A stretch of 64,000 bases of DNA from Chthoniobacteraceae bacterium (GCA_031409655.1 JANNXQ010000259.1:1-64000), one strand, 5' to 3'; positions 39,516-49,388 are shown, counted from the stretch's first letter. The notes: a model not told the origin generated them from the sequence alone. Made by a program: numbers and translations.

Positions 39516-39531
39516 CACGGAGGCGTCTCGC

Positions 39532-40080
39532 ATGACCCTCTTCTTCTGCATCCTCGTCGTCGTGATGTTCTGCTCCCTGGTCGTGCAGCATTTCATCCCG
39601 CCGCTCCCGACTATCGACGCCCGCGTGCTCCTCATGCCCATCGTCATGTTCTACGGCTCGCTCGCGCTGCCCACGCCCTTCATGTTGGGGCTCGTGCTCA
39701 TCGGCGGGCTCATGTGGGATGCCATCCATGTGCAGGTCATCGAGGGGAGTATTGAAATCGCGATGGGCTGGTCCATCGTCCTCTACGCCGGTCTCGGCGC
39801 GATCATGGGCGGCTTCCGACCACTCTTTCAACGCGGACGCTGGGAAGTCCACTGCTTCCTCAGCGGCCTTTGCACTGCCTTCATCGTGCTCGCCGAGTAC
39901 CTCATGCTCACCTTCCGGCGCGACCCGGTGGTCTTCATCTTCAATCAGGAGATCGCTTGGCGCATCGGTGGCGCCGGGATCGTGGCGCTCCTGCTTTCGC
40001 CTTTGTTTTTCTTTGCGCTGAACTATCTCGCGCAACTCGCCAACTACGACCCTCAACCGCTGCGCAAGGGGAGACGCTGA
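39532..40080 (+). CDS. mreD: MreD-like integral membrane protein
   Basis: ~180-aa hydrophobic protein with GLMWDA motif between mreC and the PBP2 gene; assignment relies on synteny. Confidence 0.65.
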   Translation: MTLFFCILVVVMFCSLVVQHFIPPLPTIDARVLLMPIVMFYGSLALPTPFMLGLVLIGGLMWDAIHVQVIEGSIEIAMGWSIVLYAGLGAIMGGFRPLFQRGRWEVHCFLSGLCTAFIVLAEYLMLTFRRDPVVFIFNQEIAWRIGGAGIVALLLSPLFFFALNYLAQLANYDPQPLRKGRR

Positions 40081-40082
40081 CC

Positions 40083-42386
40083 ATGGCTTTAAGATTCCGC
40101 ATCGGCTCCGGCCCAGTCGCCGAACTCCGCATTTGGTTCCTCGCGCTCGTCATGCTCCTCGGGCTCGGCGGGCTCGTCGCCAAGCTCTGGTACGAGCAGG
40201 TGCTGCGCGGGCCCAAGTGGACCTCAAAACTGCGCGGGCGCGGCGAAGTCACCGTCCGCATCCCCTCCGTCCGCGGCGAAATCCGCGACCGCAACGGCAT
40301 CACCCTCGTTGGCAATCGCGCGAGCTACGAAGTCGATTTCTATCTCCGCGACATGGTCAAGGGTTACCGCGATCTCACGGGCACCGTGCCGCAGGTCGAT
40401 TTCGAGCTCATCGTGAAACAGATGCGCAAGAAGAAGAAGGAGCCCGACATCGTGCGCATCGTCAATGAGAGCGTGGTCCCGCGACTCATGGAGCTGGACC
40501 TCGCGCGCGACTACAATTCCGAGCGGCTCCAGCGGCACTACCGGAATGACACCGAGGTGCCTTTTACTTACTTCGAAATCGATAAGGACGACTTCGGAAC
40601 GATCGCCAAATTTTCCGAGCACAACGTCGGCCTGCCTGGGGTGGAGATCGCCGCCAAGCCAGTGCGCGAGTATATCTACGGAGCCTTCGCCGCGCACTTA
40701 CTCGGGTATGTCGGCGCGCCGAATGACATCGACCGGTTGCCCGACGTAAAGAAGTACACCTTCTATCAGCCCGACGTGGAGGGGAAGTCGCAGGTCGAGG
40801 AAAAGTATGACCGCTGGATTCGCGGCACGCCTGGGGTGCGCGTCTTGCAGAAAAATGTGAAGGGCGTGATCGAAGGCGAGATCGTCGAGAAGCGCGTCGC
40901 CCCCCAGCAGGGCAATAACATCTTTCTAACCATCGACGCCCGCATCCAGTTCATCGCGGAGCGCGCCTTGCGCGAAGCTGGAGTGGGCCGCGCCGCTGCG
41001 GTCATCGTGAATCCGAAAAATGGCGACATCCTCGCCATGGCTTCTGTGCCGAGCTACGACCCGAATATCTTCATCCCGAGCGTCTCGACCAAGGACTGGA
41101 AGATCCTCACCGATGACGAGACCGACCCACTCACTAATCGCGCCATCCAAGGTTATGCGCCGGGTTCCACTTACAAGGCCGTCACCGCGCTGGCCGGTCT
41201 CCACGCGAAGATTCCCGCCGATCGTGCCTACAATTGTGGCGGCGGTTATCAGTATGGCGGTAAGTTCATGAAGTGCTGGATCAAGGAGAAGGGTGGCTCG
41301 CATGGCGTGATCGCCCTGCCCGATGCGCTCAAACATTCGTGCAACTCCTACTTCTACCAATTCGGCAACGCTGCCGGCATCGACGAGATCGACCTCGTCG
41401 GCGGCCAGCTCGGGCTCGGCAAAAGGACCGGCGTTCCGCTCACCGGAGAGAGCGGCGGCATCCTTCCCGGCCCCGAATGGCTGAAGCTCGTCGAGCCGAA
41501 TGCCCGCTGGTCCACCGGTTACACCGCGAATGTCTCCATCGGTCAGGGCGCCGTCGAGGCCTCGCCGCTCCAGATGGCCATGGTCACCGCGACGATCGCC
41601 AACCGCGGCATGTCCTACGAACCGCGGCTCATCAATCGCGTGCTCGATCAGAAGGGCAACGATGTGAAGGACGAAGACGGCAAGCTCGTCGCTCCGCCAG
41701 AGCCGAAGGTGCTGGCGGATCTGCGCAAAGGCGGTATCCGCGAGGATCAGATAGAGTCCGTGCGCGAAGGCATGAAGCGCGTCGTGGCCACGGGCACGGG
41801 CAAGAAGGCGCAGATCAAAGGCATCACCGTGGCCGGGAAGACCGGCACGGCGCAATTCTGGAGGGAGAGCGAAGGCAAAAGAATCAAGGACAACCACACC
41901 TGGTTCATCTGTTTCGCGCCCTATGAGGATCCGAAGTTTGCCATCACTGTTTTCGTCCAGGGGGCGAAGTCTGGCGGCGGGGTCTCCGCGCCCATCGCCC
42001 AGCGCATCCTAGAGGAAAGCCTCGCGCTCGAGAAAGGCTTTGAGGTGAAAATCGAACCGCTCCCTCCGGCGACTGGGAGTTTCGCCCCGATCGAAATGGT
42101 CGATTACAAAAAGAGCGCCGTGCCCGCCAATATCTCCGACCAGCTCTCCGACGACGATCAGGAGCGCTCCGATCACAATGAGGCGCCGCCGGTGGTGCCG
42201 AAAAAGAAATCCAAACAGATCGCCGCCAAGCCGGACATCCGCGCTGAAGCCGACGCCGCCGGCAAAGTGCGCAAAGGCGAAGCCGTCAAACCCACGGCTG
42301 ACAAACGCGGCTTCTTGCAACGCTTCTTCGGTGGTAAGTCCAATCCACCCAAGCCCGCGCCCGCCCCGAAACCAGGCGGCCGATGA
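40083..42386 (+). CDS. mrdA: Penicillin-binding protein 2 (class B)
   Basis: RGEIRDRNG, SxxK (PGSTYK), SCN and KTGTAQ motifs; ATG at 40083. Confidence 0.92.
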   Translation: MALRFRIGSGPVAELRIWFLALVMLLGLGGLVAKLWYEQVLRGPKWTSKLRGRGEVTVRIPSVRGEIRDRNGITLVGNRASYEVDFYLRDMVKGYRDLTGTVPQVDFELIVKQMRKKKKEPDIVRIVNESVVPRLMELDLARDYNSERLQRHYRNDTEVPFTYFEIDKDDFGTIAKFSEHNVGLPGVEIAAKPVREYIYGAFAAHLLGYVGAPNDIDRLPDVKKYTFYQPDVEGKSQVEEKYDRWIRGTPGVRVLQKNVKGVIEGEIVEKRVAPQQGNNIFLTIDARIQFIAERALREAGVGRAAAVIVNPKNGDILAMASVPSYDPNIFIPSVSTKDWKILTDDETDPLTNRAIQGYAPGSTYKAVTALAGLHAKIPADRAYNCGGGYQYGGKFMKCWIKEKGGSHGVIALPDALKHSCNSYFYQFGNAAGIDEIDLVGGQLGLGKRTGVPLTGESGGILPGPEWLKLVEPNARWSTGYTANVSIGQGAVEASPLQMAMVTATIANRGMSYEPRLINRVLDQKGNDVKDEDGKLVAPPEPKVLADLRKGGIREDQIESVREGMKRVVATGTGKKAQIKGITVAGKTGTAQFWRESEGKRIKDNHTWFICFAPYEDPKFAITVFVQGAKSGGGVSAPIAQRILEESLALEKGFEVKIEPLPPATGSFAPIEMVDYKKSAVPANISDQLSDDDQERSDHNEAPPVVPKKKSKQIAAKPDIRAEADAAGKVRKGEAVKPTADKRGFLQRFFGGKSNPPKPAPAPKPGGR

Positions 42387-42440
42387 CCTTTCCCCCAATC
42401 CAACCCAGTGCTCTCGAAACTTTACCCAACACTTATTTCC

Positions 42441-44012
42441 ATGACCGAACGTGTCAAACGACTCCTCGGCCTGGCCCCGCGCCAGACCGGTAACAAACTC
42501 ATCATCAACTGCGAAAAACTCGAGCGCCGCGTCGCGCTGCTCGAGGGAGGCGTGCTCGAGGAATACTCCATCGAGCGCGAGACCGATCACAACATCGTCG
42601 GCAGCATCTTCAAAGGCCGCGTGAAAAACATTGAGCACGGCCTCAAGGCCATGTTCGTCGATATCGGTTACGAAAAGAATGCCTTCCTGCACTTCTGGGA
42701 CGCACTCCCTGCGGCGCTCGATAGCGGCATCGAAGAAGTGGAACGCTCTGGCAAGAAGAAGGAAAAGCGGATCACCGCAAAGGACATCCCGAGCATCTAT
42801 CCCGTGGGTAGCGAAGTGCTCGTGCAAGTAACGAAGGGCCCCATCAGCACCAAGGGCCCGCGTGTTACTACCAATATCTCCCTCGCCGGCCGCTTCCTCG
42901 TGCTCATGCCTTACAGCGAGCAGTGCGGTATCTCGCGGAAGATCGATAACCCCAAGGAACGCGATCGTCTCCGCAAGATCCTCAAAGACCTCAACGTCCC
43001 GGAAGGCATCGGCATCATCATCCGCACCGTGGGTGAGGGGCAAAAGGCCCGTTACTTCGTCCGCGATCTCGCTTACCTCGTGGAGCAGTGGCGCTCCATT
43101 GAGGCCGCGATGAAAGAGAAAGCCGCGCCGGCCTGCGTCTTCGCCGAGCCCGGTCTCATTGAGCGCACCGTGCGCGATTTCCTCACCGACGAAATCGACG
43201 AGGTCGTCTGTGACGATGAAAACGCGGTGAAACGCATGACCGAGATGGTCAGCCAGATCTCGAAGCGCTCCGCCATCCGCATCAAGCACTACCCCGGTAC
43301 CACGCCGATCTTCGAGCAGTACCAGATTCAGAAACAGATCGACGATAGCTTCCACCGCCAGGTCTGGCTGCCCTGCGGCGGTTACATCGTCATCGATGAA
43401 ACCGAGGCGCTCATCGCCATCGACGTCAATACCGGACGGAATAAAGGCGGTAAGGACGTGGAGAAAACCATCTTGCAAACCAACCTCGAAGCCGCCGACG
43501 AAATGTCCCGCCAGATGCGGCTGCGGAATATCGGCGGCCTGATCATCGGTGACTTCATCGACATGAAGAGCCGGCGCGATCAGCAGGCCGTCTATCAGCG
43601 GATGAAAGATCGCCTGCGCCGCGACAAAGCGAAGACCCACGTCCTCCCGATCTCCCCGCTCGGTCTCATGGAAATGACCCGCCAGCGCGCCGCCGAATCC
43701 ATCAGCGGCACCGTCTATGACACCTGCCCCTACTGCAACGGCCGCGGCACCGTCAAAAGTTCCATGACCATGAGCGTCGAGCTCCAGCGCGAGCTCCATC
43801 TCGTGATGCGCAAATATCAGGACACCATCCACGACATCAAAGTGATCGTGAATCCCCACGTCCTCACCCGCCTGCGCAGCGAAGACGAAGAGCTGCTCGT
43901 CGAGATCGAACGCAAATACGCCGCGCGCCTCACCTTCCGCGGCGACCCCGCCTTTCATCACGAGAAGTTCACCATCACCGACGCCAATAGCGGCGCGGAG
44001 CTGAAGGCCTAA
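42441..44012 (+). CDS. rng: Ribonuclease E/G family (RNase G-sized)
   Basis: GSIFKGRV..AMFVDIG, QVTKGPISTKGPRVTT, AIDVNTG, LRNIGGLIIGDFIDM and CPYCNGRG motifs. Alternative start at 42408. Confidence 0.9.
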   Translation: MTERVKRLLGLAPRQTGNKLIINCEKLERRVALLEGGVLEEYSIERETDHNIVGSIFKGRVKNIEHGLKAMFVDIGYEKNAFLHFWDALPAALDSGIEEVERSGKKKEKRITAKDIPSIYPVGSEVLVQVTKGPISTKGPRVTTNISLAGRFLVLMPYSEQCGISRKIDNPKERDRLRKILKDLNVPEGIGIIIRTVGEGQKARYFVRDLAYLVEQWRSIEAAMKEKAAPACVFAEPGLIERTVRDFLTDEIDEVVCDDENAVKRMTEMVSQISKRSAIRIKHYPGTTPIFEQYQIQKQIDDSFHRQVWLPCGGYIVIDETEALIAIDVNTGRNKGGKDVEKTILQTNLEAADEMSRQMRLRNIGGLIIGDFIDMKSRRDQQAVYQRMKDRLRRDKAKTHVLPISPLGLMEMTRQRAAESISGTVYDTCPYCNGRGTVKSSMTMSVELQRELHLVMRKYQDTIHDIKVIVNPHVLTRLRSEDEELLVEIERKYAARLTFRGDPAFHHEKFTITDANSGAELKA

Positions 44013-44307
44013 GCGCCCGTTCCGGGAGTGGCCTCCGGGAGGGACGTGCTTCCTGTCAGGACTGACGTGCTTCGAGCGGCGAGGGAGGGGACTGGCGAGG
44101 GTCGCGCGAGCAGGGGAGACACCCGGACGATGACGCCCCTGGTGAGCACGGCGCTCGCGGCCCCGTCGTCATATCTCTTTACCCCCCGCCGCTCCGCCCG
44201 CCCCCGAAGTCTCTTTTTCCAACGTCCACTTGGGAACAAAATGACGGGTGGCTCATTGCCATTTGAGGTGCGTTATGCAACCCCTTCGAGGAATTACTCC
44301 CCTCCAG

Positions 44308-46083
44308 ATGACTTCCCGCTTCGTCTTTTGCGCTTTGGCATTCCTCGTAACCGGCCTCGTGGCACGCGGCGAGATTCCGTTTTCGCTACAGTATGCGACC
44401 TATTTGGGCGGCACCAGCTGGGAGCACGCGCGCGATATTTATACCACCGCCGCCGGATTCACTTATGTCGTAGGCGGCACGGGCTCGGGCAACTTCGCCG
44501 GTGCCAGCAATTTTCCCGGCCCAAACACTTACAACGCCGGGCAGCCCAATAGTGCTGCGGACGCGGCGTTTGGCGGCTGCGACGTGTTCATCACCAAAAT
44601 GTCGCCCTCCGGGCAGGTGCTGTGGACGAAATACATGGGGGGCGCGAACTACGATCGGGCCTACGCGCTGGAATTGGACGCGACGGGCAACATCTACATC
44701 GCGGGGCGCGCCGGGCGCGGCTTTCCGATGGTCAACGCGCTGCAGTCCACTTTTTCGGGGACGAGTTCGCCGTCGAATTACGGCGATCAGAATGGCTTCG
44801 TCGCGAAGCTCAGTCCGGCGGGCGACGTGCTCTGGTCCACCTACGTCGGCACGGGCGAGTTGGTACGCGATCTCGCCATCGACGTGGCCGGCGACGTATA
44901 TGTGCCGCTGACGCTCGCCGCCGCGTCCAGTCGCACGGCTTTCAATACCCCGGCGCTGAGCGCGTTTCAGGGCAAGATCACCAACTCGCCACCGACGACC
45001 AATACGAACGACGTAGGCTTGGTAAAGCTTCGCGGCGATGGGACTGGAGTGGTGTGGGCGCGGTGGATTGGCGGGACTGGGTCCGAGGTGACGAATCCCT
45101 CGATCCGCGTCAACGCCGCCGGCGAAGCGCACCTGCTCTGCTCCACCACGAGCACCAATAGTAGCTTGCCGGCGGTCGGCGCCGTTTCGCAGACCAACAA
45201 CGGCGGTGCCGCCGACAGCTATCTCGCCAAGGTAGCGGCCGATGGGGCGAGCCTTATTTATGGCACCTATCTGGGCGGCACCGGCAGCGAGGCCCACGAG
45301 ACACACAGCCTGGCGCTGGATGCCGCGGGAAACGCAGTGGTGTCCATCCACACGAGCTCGGCCAATTTCCCGATCACGCCGGGCGCCCTGAACAGCGCGA
45401 CGCGTGGGGGGAACGACATTGCCATCGTGAAGTTCAACGGCAGCGGGGCGCGCATCTTGAGTGCGGTCATCGGCGGCAGCGGAGGCGAAAATCCGGACGG
45501 AATTTATGTGGATGCCAATGGACGGGTGTTTATTGCCTTCGAGACGAGCTCGACAAATTTCCCCACGACGCCCGGTGCCTTTGATCTCACGGCCAACGGC
45601 AGCAACGACGGCGGGTTCCTAGTCCTCTCCGCGGACTTTACGCACCTGGAATACGCGACGCTCTTTGGCGGCTCGGCCTATGACAACGCCCGCACGATGT
45701 TTCTCGCGGGCGATGGGTCGGTCTATCTCACGGGTGGCACGCTCAGCACCAATCTGCCGACGCTCAATGCCTATGACACCACCTTCAACGGCGGCAGTCA
45801 CAACTTCGCGCCCGGCAGTGGGGACGCGTGGGTCGCCCGCTTTATAAACAACGACCAGGCTGGCGTGAATATCCGGAAGATCGAGGTGCCGCCCGGCAGC
45901 GGCATGAAGGTGACCTGCGCGCGCATCCCGGGATTAGGCTACCGCGTCCAAAGCAGCGACAGCCTGGCCGTCGGTTTATGGATGGACCGAGCGACGGTTC
46001 TGCCGGATGCGCCGGGCGAATTCGAGTTCATCGATCCGCTGCCGTTGCCCGCGCGTCGCTTCTACCGCGCCGTCACACCCTGA
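44308..46083 (+). CDS. Secreted beta-propeller (SBBP-like repeat) protein with a short ...RRFYRAVTP C-terminal domain
   Basis: Repeated YATYLGG, DVFITK, GNIYIAG and T.STNFP.TPGA units; signal peptide from 44308. Confidence 0.8.
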   Translation: MTSRFVFCALAFLVTGLVARGEIPFSLQYATYLGGTSWEHARDIYTTAAGFTYVVGGTGSGNFAGASNFPGPNTYNAGQPNSAADAAFGGCDVFITKMSPSGQVLWTKYMGGANYDRAYALELDATGNIYIAGRAGRGFPMVNALQSTFSGTSSPSNYGDQNGFVAKLSPAGDVLWSTYVGTGELVRDLAIDVAGDVYVPLTLAAASSRTAFNTPALSAFQGKITNSPPTTNTNDVGLVKLRGDGTGVVWARWIGGTGSEVTNPSIRVNAAGEAHLLCSTTSTNSSLPAVGAVSQTNNGGAADSYLAKVAADGASLIYGTYLGGTGSEAHETHSLALDAAGNAVVSIHTSSANFPITPGALNSATRGGNDIAIVKFNGSGARILSAVIGGSGGENPDGIYVDANGRVFIAFETSSTNFPTTPGAFDLTANGSNDGGFLVLSADFTHLEYATLFGGSAYDNARTMFLAGDGSVYLTGGTLSTNLPTLNAYDTTFNGGSHNFAPGSGDAWVARFINNDQAGVNIRKIEVPPGSGMKVTCARIPGLGYRVQSSDSLAVGLWMDRATVLPDAPGEFEFIDPLPLPARRFYRAVTP

Positions 46084-46134
46084 GAACAGCATCAGCGGGG
46101 CGTCGACGCGCGCAGATCTGCCGAGCCGTAAACG

Positions 46135-46263
46135 CCCGGGAGCGCAGCCGTCCCGTGAGGCATCGTCGCCCATGCGCGCAGCGCCACTCATCTGCAAGCG
46201 CGGTTGGAAGAGGCGCTGAGCGCATTTGGGGGCTGCCGCGCGGGGACGGCGGCGCTCCCAGGG
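46135..46263. repeat. REP-doublet-like inverted element, family B, copy 2
   Basis: CCCGGGAGCGCAGCCGTCCCGTGAGGCATCGTC ... GGGACGGCGGCGCTCCCAGGG; same terminal motif as 26926..27050. Confidence 0.65.
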
Positions 46264-46331
46264 CTGCCTGTGCGCTCCGAGTGACGGAGTTTCTTGTTGC
46301 CCGCGCTGCTTCGCCGCATCTTCCGCCTCGC

Positions 46332-48377
46332 ATGTCCCGCATCCGTCTTTTCGATCTCAATCCTGAGCAGGAGTCTGCCGTCCGCACGACGGAGGGGCCG
46401 CTGCTGATCCTGGCCGGTGCGGGGACCGGGAAGACGCGGGTGATCATCGCCCGGGTCGCTTATCTCATCGCGCAAGGCGTGGAGCCGAATCACATCCTTG
46501 CCGTCACTTTCACGAACAAGGCGGCGAACGAAATGCGCGAGCGCCTCGCGGGGATGATCGAGAAAGCCGAGGCGAAGAAGGTCACGATGTCCACTTTTCA
46601 CGCCCTCTGCGTGCGCATCCTGCGGCAGGACATCGAGCTGCTCGGGTACAAGAAGAACTTCTCGATCTATGACGAAGGGGACACGTCGGGCTTGATCAAG
46701 AAGATCATCACCCGGACCGCGGCGAAGGACGAGAAGCTGGACCCAGGTGTCGCGAAAAACCTGATCAGCAAAGCGAAGAACAATGGCTGGCGGGAGCCGC
46801 AGCCGGGCGAGGAGCAGACGCTGGTCGCCGCGGTCTTCGCGCGTTACCAGGCGGAGCTAAAGACGCTCAATGCGGTGGACTTTGACGACCTGCTGCTGCT
46901 CACCGTGCAATTGCTCGCCGAGCACGGCGCCGTGCGCGAGAAATGGAACCGGCGTTTCCGCTACCTGATGGTCGATGAGTTTCAGGACACCAACCGCCTG
47001 CAGCTCGAACTCGTGACGATGCTCGCGAAGCCGGACGTCGGTTCGGAACTCGCCAACGCGAACACTCCCAATATCTGTGTCGTCGGCGATGACGACCAAT
47101 CAATCTACGGCTGGCGCGGCGCGGAAGTGAGCAACATCCTCGAATTTGAGCATCACTTTCCGAATCCGACGGTCGTGAAACTGGAGCAGAACTATCGCTC
47201 GACGAACGCGGTGCTGAACACCGCGAACGCCCTGATCAAAAACAACCCGCGCCGCCGGCCAAAGCAGCTCTGGAGCGCATCCGGCGATGGCGAGAAGGTG
47301 CGCGTGGTCCAGATGACCGACGACCGCGAGGAGGCGCAATTCATCGCCGAGGAGATCCAGCGCCGGCAGCTCGATGGTGCGAAGCACGAGGACTTCGCGG
47401 TGCTCTTCCGGATGAACGCGCAATCCCGGCTGATCGAAACAAACCTCCGCGCGCTGCAGATTCCGTATCGCGTGGTCGGGGGAAAAAGTTTCTTTGACCG
47501 GCGCGAAGTGAAGGACCTGCTGGCTTACGCGAGCTGCGTCTTGAACACCGAGGACGACGTTTCCCTGCTCCGCATCATCAACACGCCGGCGCGCGGCATC
47601 TCCTCGACGACTGTCGAGCGGGCCACGGAGTGGAGCGCGCGCCAGCGGTGCAGCGTCTTCGCCGCGCTGCAGTCGGCGGAGTTTCGCGCCACGCTCCCGG
47701 AGCGGACTTGCCGGAGCATCGATGCCTTCACGGCGTTGCTCGATCGCTTCGAGACCCGGCTCCACGAGCCACTCGCGGTCCAGAGCGGCGTGCTCCGCGA
47801 TTTCATCAAGGAGACTGGCTACGTCGAAGATTTGCGCCGGACCTGCAAGACGCCCGCGGAGTCGCTCGGTCGCGAGACGAACATCGAGGAGATGCTGACG
47901 TCGTTCAAAGATTACGAAGCGAAGGAGACCGAGGGACTGCGCGGTTTTCTCGATCAGATGATGCTGCGGCAGGAGCGCGAGGAGGAGGACGAAGACGGGA
48001 AGGGGAGCGGCGTCACGCTGATCACCCTGCACGCCGCGAAGGGGCTCGAATTTCCGCACGTCTATCTGATCGGCCTCGAGGAGGGACTGCTCCCGCACGA
48101 TCGCTCGAAACTCGAAGGCACGGTGGATGAAGAGCGGCGGCTGCTCTACGTGGGCATCACCCGCGCGCGCCAGACCCTGGCGCTGACGTGGTGCTACAAC
48201 CGCATCAAATACGGCAGCGTCGCGCCCTGCACCCCGAGCAGCTTCATCAAGGAACTGCCCGCGGAGTGGATCGAACATCAGAACGCGGGGCAGATCATGT
48301 GCGCGCCGGTGGCCGAGGAGAGCGTGAAGGGGCGCTTCGGCGCGATGCGGGCGCTGGTCTTGAAACGGAGTTCGTAG
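46332..48377 (+). CDS. UvrD/PcrA/Rep superfamily 1 DNA helicase
   Basis: AGAGTGKT, TFTNKAA, VDEFQD, VGDDDQSIYGWRG, QNYRS, TLHAAKGLEF and EERRLLYVGITRA; ATG at 46332. Confidence 0.95.
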   Translation: MSRIRLFDLNPEQESAVRTTEGPLLILAGAGTGKTRVIIARVAYLIAQGVEPNHILAVTFTNKAANEMRERLAGMIEKAEAKKVTMSTFHALCVRILRQDIELLGYKKNFSIYDEGDTSGLIKKIITRTAAKDEKLDPGVAKNLISKAKNNGWREPQPGEEQTLVAAVFARYQAELKTLNAVDFDDLLLLTVQLLAEHGAVREKWNRRFRYLMVDEFQDTNRLQLELVTMLAKPDVGSELANANTPNICVVGDDDQSIYGWRGAEVSNILEFEHHFPNPTVVKLEQNYRSTNAVLNTANALIKNNPRRRPKQLWSASGDGEKVRVVQMTDDREEAQFIAEEIQRRQLDGAKHEDFAVLFRMNAQSRLIETNLRALQIPYRVVGGKSFFDRREVKDLLAYASCVLNTEDDVSLLRIINTPARGISSTTVERATEWSARQRCSVFAALQSAEFRATLPERTCRSIDAFTALLDRFETRLHEPLAVQSGVLRDFIKETGYVEDLRRTCKTPAESLGRETNIEEMLTSFKDYEAKETEGLRGFLDQMMLRQEREEEDEDGKGSGVTLITLHAAKGLEFPHVYLIGLEEGLLPHDRSKLEGTVDEERRLLYVGITRARQTLALTWCYNRIKYGSVAPCTPSSFIKELPAEWIEHQNAGQIMCAPVAEESVKGRFGAMRALVLKRSS

Positions 48378-48434
48378 GCGCGGGGCGAAACCTTCCGCTA
48401 GACGCGCTCGGCACTCTGCCGAAGATTCCCGTTG

Positions 48435-49139
48435 ATGGATCCTGCCCCCACCAGCGCTTCCGTGGCGCAAGAATTTTCCGTCCTCAAGGACGGCGGCATC
48501 ATCGGCCCCATGTCCCTCGCCGAGCTGCGCTCTGGGTTGGCGGATGGGCGCTTTGCGGAGAGCGATCTCGTGCAGCATGCGAAGGTGCCGCTCTGGCGCC
48601 GCGTCGCGACCCTGCCGGCGGTGGGGGAGGTGCAGGCGGGATTCGCGCGGGAGTGGGGCTGGCGGGAGATCTCCGGCGCGGCGGTCGCTCGGTTGAGGGA
48701 GGATGTGCAGTCGGCTTCGCTCGCCACGGCAGCGGTTTTTCTCGCGCTCGGTCTCGCGGCGTGGCTGCTCACCCACTGGCCGGTCTTTCTCTGGTTGCCG
48801 TGGTTCATCCCGCCGGTGGCGGCCGGCGTCATCGCGCTGACGCGAGGCGATCTCCGACGCGGGCTCCTGCTTTTGCTGACGGTCGCGGCTGTGCCGGCGC
48901 TGGCCACCACCTTCCGCCCGAAGCCAGCGCTCCCGACTTTGCCACCCGAGTCGGCGTCTCCGGATCGTGCTCCAGCGGAGTTGCCGCCCGCGGTCCCGAT
49001 ACCAGTGGCGAAGGTCGCGCCGATCGAACCTGAGCTGCCTTCGGTGAATGTCCGCCAGATTCCGCTGCCTCCGGACAAACCCGCCGCGCTCAAGCCACTC
49101 GTCCCGGCGGCTCCGGGCGAGCACCGCCTCGACCAATGA
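48435..49139 (+). CDS. Membrane protein with N-terminal GYF_2-like domain and Pro-rich tail
   Basis: GPMSLAEL...G......DLV......W pattern, three hydrophobic segments and a Pro-rich C-terminus. Confidence 0.55.
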   Translation: MDPAPTSASVAQEFSVLKDGGIIGPMSLAELRSGLADGRFAESDLVQHAKVPLWRRVATLPAVGEVQAGFAREWGWREISGAAVARLREDVQSASLATAAVFLALGLAAWLLTHWPVFLWLPWFIPPVAAGVIALTRGDLRRGLLLLLTVAAVPALATTFRPKPALPTLPPESASPDRAPAELPPAVPIPVAKVAPIEPELPSVNVRQIPLPPDKPAALKPLVPAAPGEHRLDQ

Positions 49140-49175
49140 TACGATTTCCACGGTCGAATTGCCTGAAAGTCTAGG

Positions 49176-49388
49176 GAACGCCAACGGCGTTTCATCCGTC
49201 AGCCCAGGGTTGCGAGGAACGAGCTACCCTGGGTTTGCAAATTAAAATGGGAACAACCCTGAAAGGGTTGAATCAATCGTGGTCGAGGACGAAACCCCTT
49301 CAGGGTTTGCCTCGTTTTTACCCGATCGAACCCAGGGTAGCTCGTTCCTCGCAACCCTGGGCTGGAAGATGGAACGCCGTTGGCGTTC
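49176..49388. repeat. Long composite palindrome (REPIN/MITE-like) between convergent genes
   Basis: 60-bp arms GAACGCCAACGGCGTT..AGCCCAGGGTTGCGAGGAACGAGCTACCCTGGGTT and the near-perfect reverse complement at 49329-49388; inner hairpins AACCCTGAAAGGGTT and AACCCCTTCAGGGTT. Confidence 0.88.

Noticed and set aside
44019..44170. Third copy of repeat family A, or a structured RNA after rng
   Set aside because: Only a short GGAGGGACGTGCT match, with no convincing partner arm.
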